From positions 186,001 through 250,000 of the forward strand of contig QPGO01000087.1 in assembly GCA_008632985.1 (NCBI GenBank): 64,000 nucleotides of DNA, in the 5' to 3' direction. A program made the translations under genes and the position numbers. Of the stretch, positions 60,228 through 64,000 are shown in pieces. This stretch comes from Psammoneis japonica (Eukaryota). Numbering within the stretch: the stretch's first letter is position 1; every line of letters starts with the position of its first letter. The notes under the pieces are model-generated. The model searched no databases. It was not told where the DNA came from and saw only the letters and a list, made by a program, of their open reading frames with translations.

Positions 60228-63200
60228 CTAGTCTTCCTCTGTTTCCTTCGACCACTCAGGAGGCCAATGCTTGATGATGCTAAACATGGGCCTCTCTTTA
60301 GGCTCAGACGCATCTGGATCCTCGGGCTCATCTCTTTTCCGCTTCATCCCATTGTAGGGCATGTCAAATATCACGTTATGATAATCACGAGTACGGCTTC
60401 TATCAGTCCAACCCATGAGGTCATCGCTCACGTTGTCCACGTCGGCACAGACGAATGGGAAAGGATAACCCGGTTTCTTGACTTGGGGGACATAGGCAAA
60501 AATCTCCTGATCAGTACTGAAATCAATCCGTTGGTCGGTGCCCTGTGGACTGTAGGTTCCACAGAACCAGCTTTTTATGTAACGAGTCACAATGCCCCCT
60601 AAGATTGCAATGACCATCCCCACAACAACTGCCACCGAACTCCAGCCATAAATATTCGTGAGAGTTTCTTGCGAATCAGTCATCCATTTGAGATCACCCT
60701 GCTGGCTGGCGACGGCAGGGAAAGAAAAGCCAGAAGACGCGCTTATTCGTTGGTTGCAGAAAACTACAGATTCATCTTGAGTCACCGTGACACTTATTGT
60801 ATCTCCATCCAAAGTTGTGGCCGTGTAATTTCCAGAAACACCTGTTTGAGGATTATCCGGGTCGCAAACATTGTCGTACGGAAATGACGCATATGCGTAA
60901 GATGAGACGATGGCAAACACCACAAGAGCCAATGTAAAGAAGTAACGACGACTGAAAATTGCAATCTCGGTTCCAATGAATGGTGCTGAGCTCCAGATTC
61001 TCATCAAGCACCATTTGTCAGCGTAATACTGTATGATTAAGATGCCGAACCCGAAAAAGAACGTTGCGGGGAAAAGGGAAGAGTAGTAAAAGCATAAAAA
61101 GAGGACCTTGGTGAAATCCTGTGGAAAGTCCAGGGAGAAGATGAGCTACATGATAGAGCCACGAAGTGTACGTAGTGGACGCAAGACACTTACCGTGTAG
61201 CGTTCCCCAAGGTTGTACGGTGTGCCCTGGAAGTTCAAATTCATAGTTTCTTGGTTCCTCTCTCGCGGCCCAAAAATATGCTTTCTAATGTTTCCAGTGA
61301 TGTCGAGCAATCGAAGCGTCGGCGTAATCCAAAGCTCTGACCACAGAATACCATTAATCGTACGTAGCACATCGCTATTGCCGTCGCTTATTGTGGCAGT
61401 AAATGGCGTAATGAGCTGGACAATTATCGCCGTATTACACCAACGGAATAGCGTAATCTTCAAGTATAAGGACTTCTGAAAATCGCCCTCGGTGGAGTGT
61501 CGCTCAAAAATCATGAGAATCTTGACAATCATGGGAATGGTGGAGTTGAAAACCGAAACCAGTGGTCCAGACAAAAAGGGGCCGACTCTCTCTCGACTCA
61601 GGTTAACAAGATATCCTGCAAATGCAATCAGTCCAACGGTAATTCCAAGGTTCACCAGACGAATGATGATCTTGGTCTTTTTAGAAACGTGTAGATCGAT
61701 CCATCGCACGGCGTTTGGTTCTGTGGGTTCTTCTACTTTCAGGACCCGGTCCTTGAAGAGAGGTACAGAACTGTGTGCATTGTTTGACATTACCTCCATT
61801 TTGCTCACGTTCAAAGCAGAAAGAGCCGCGCGCTGTCCGGCTTCGGTCTCAAATGTAATAAACACATTAGTGGCGTCGTACTTATCCTTTTGAAGCTCTC
61901 TGATTTCTTCTTCGGTCTGTAGCAACCAAAGGGAGCAGAGCAGAAGTGAGTGCCTGTCAAAGGCAAAAAACCAAAATCGATCTGCACAACCTACACACCT
62001 TAAAGATTTTATCAACCAAGGTTTCAGGGAGGAGAAAGTAATCAAAGAGCCGCAAGATGGGTAAGACAGTACACCCCATCAGTTTCTCCATACAACTGGG
62101 AGTATCGGACTCTCTCTCATGAACCATCTGATCAACCGCAACTCGTACTTCGTCTTCACTGTCCATGTTGACGCTCTTGGGTAGCTGCCTTCGAAGCTTT
62201 TCCCTGTAAATTCGACGCAGAATTAACTTATGTACAAGGTCGCCATTGTTTAAAGCAATCGTGACAACTGTCACCTGCTTTTCCGCAAACTGACTAAAGA
62301 ATTCACGCCACTCCTCGGGATCAAGAGCGTCAGGCGGTGGGTTCTTCACTAAGACACTGTAGTCAGTGCTCGTAAGCTTGTCTTCATCGAATCTGATTTC
62401 ACGAAGTCGCTGATACCAGCCAAGTAGGATAACGGACACCATTATGAACAAGAAGGATGCCCAATTGACCATACCCTGCCCCAGCTCTGCTCCCAAGCAA
62501 TCGTTGCGAAGGGCAAACACCAACTCGTTCCCTTGACTGTCTTCCCCGATTGCCAAGCGACCGCCGTCTTCGTCGAAGCGGTCTTCAGTGCAGCCTTCTG
62601 AGCAGACAACCCATTCAGTTCTAGTACATACCGTTGAGCCATCGAGAGCAAATGGGAGATCACCTGGTCTCTCTCCGCTGTACTCTGTGCTGCTATAGTA
62701 CGTGATGTTTGCAATGTTGATTAGCCCAGCGATAAGAAAAATAAACGCCATAATCCTTACGGTAGTAAAGTACACCCCCACTCCGAGTCCCCATTCATTG
62801 AGACGGGACTCTGGAGTCATCCATGGCGAGTACAGTTCTGTGTAAATGTTTTTCTCCGGATCATCGCGTTGTCCGGGTTCTGCACGCTGAAGCTCGCCTT
62901 GAGAGCCCTCTCCAACGAAATGGCGGGCCAGAGTAATGTGCTCATAATATGCCCAAGCCTTTCTCAAAGAAGGGCCATTTTCGCCAGCAAACTTCTGAGG
63001 AAAGTACCATTTTTTCTGAGAACGAGGTGAAGACAACGGGCAAGAATGTGAGTCGCGCGAACACGAGGCAACGATACGATTCCTTTCTATTCAACCGTTT
63101 GATTCATCTCTATATCACGGCCAAACATCTTTACTCACATCTATCAAGAATTTTTCCACAAATCGTCTCGATAGAGTTTGTCGCTTCGAATCTTCCGTCT

Positions 63201-63390
63201 CGGTATCTTGCAACAACCGCTCAATTTCAGCTTCCGAGAGGAATCCGCCACCGGGTGAGCTGAACTGGCCACGGCGAGAAGGGACGTGGGGCTGCGATAG
63301 ACCTGAGGATGGAAGCCGAGTCACATACGGTAACTCGCTGCCGGCCTTGGTTGCCTCGCCGCCGTCTTTTTCCTCTTGTTCCGTTGACAT
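60228..63390 (-). CDS. Multi-pass membrane protein, OSCA/CSC1/TMEM63-like, about 4 exons
   Basis: GLGVGVYF, TSTDYSVLVKNPP, VFITFETE, VEEPTEPNAVRW, ERHST, ERYT, many TM segments; GT-AG introns near 63.1, 61.95 and 61.15 kb. Confidence 0.75.
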
Positions 63391-64000
63391 GGTCGGTCTA
63401 CGAATCGGGTCGGTAGACTATGCAAGTGTGTGAATGGAATGGCCGTTTGCAGTTAGTTGCGCTTCTGGAGTTCGTGTCCCGGCCGTTGTTCTCGACGTCG
63501 CGGTTCGCGGTCGGTTACGACGGTTTGGTGCGAAGAATGAGTCGTTCGACTCGAATTTGACCGGTTCAAATTGGATTGAAAAGAAATAGACTAGGCTACT
63601 CTAGAAGGACTTTAGAGGCCTTGAAAATCGAAGAACGAAGCTCAATGATCCTTTATCGCGAAGGTAGGTCAGGGAGGATATTCAGTTCCTGCTGCACCTC
63701 AGATGAAAATTGGCACAGTACGACGCATGATACCGGTATTAATCAGTCCATACGCGACATCGTAGCCATACTTGTTGTTCTTTTTGGTGCTCTACTGTAC
63801 CGTAGAGTGATTGTCTAGCTACCACACTCTCGACTACAACTACTTCTACCGTACATTGCAATACCTGCAGAAACATTATCATTTTTTGATGGTTTTTAGT
63901 TAAACATAAGATGAACACAGAGGTATTTACAAGATCAAATATTATGATCCATGAAATGAAGAGCCGCAGTATTGGTCGCCCAATAGAAAACGCCCGAACC

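Overview
Eukaryotic DNA, most likely a pennate diatom (short GT-AG introns, bipartite plastid-targeting peptide, diatom-type gene families). The flanks (1-14.0 kb and 44-64 kb) are gene-dense. They hold myosin, a CDP-alcohol phosphotransferase, ISN1 nucleotidase, 6-pyruvoyl-tetrahydropterin synthase, a triose-phosphate translocator-family protein, a bZIP factor, a secreted subtilisin, a CAP protein, RSM22/METTL17 and an OSCA/TMEM63-like channel. Two ~11 kb blocks (~14.35-25.75 kb and ~32.2-43.85 kb) are decayed DNA transposons: the second is clearly Plavaka-type and carries a DOT1-like methyltransferase relic, and the first is tentatively KDZ/Zisupton-like. Main result: both blocks are almost devoid of TpA as well as CpG and are rich in TpG/CpA, so conserved Tyr codons read as Cys/His and TAA/TAG stops are rare. 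This looks like repeat-targeted TpA->TpG/CpA (A:T->G:C) hypermutation, the opposite direction to fungal RIP. It has a sequence-context preference, reaches further than CpG decay, and visibly leaks into the last repeat of the neighbouring WD40 gene. Between the blocks is an unmutated island with a divergent SPRY-like-kinase / WD40 gene pair separated by a palindromic TpA-rich tract. All calls are by eye; no searches or counts were run.
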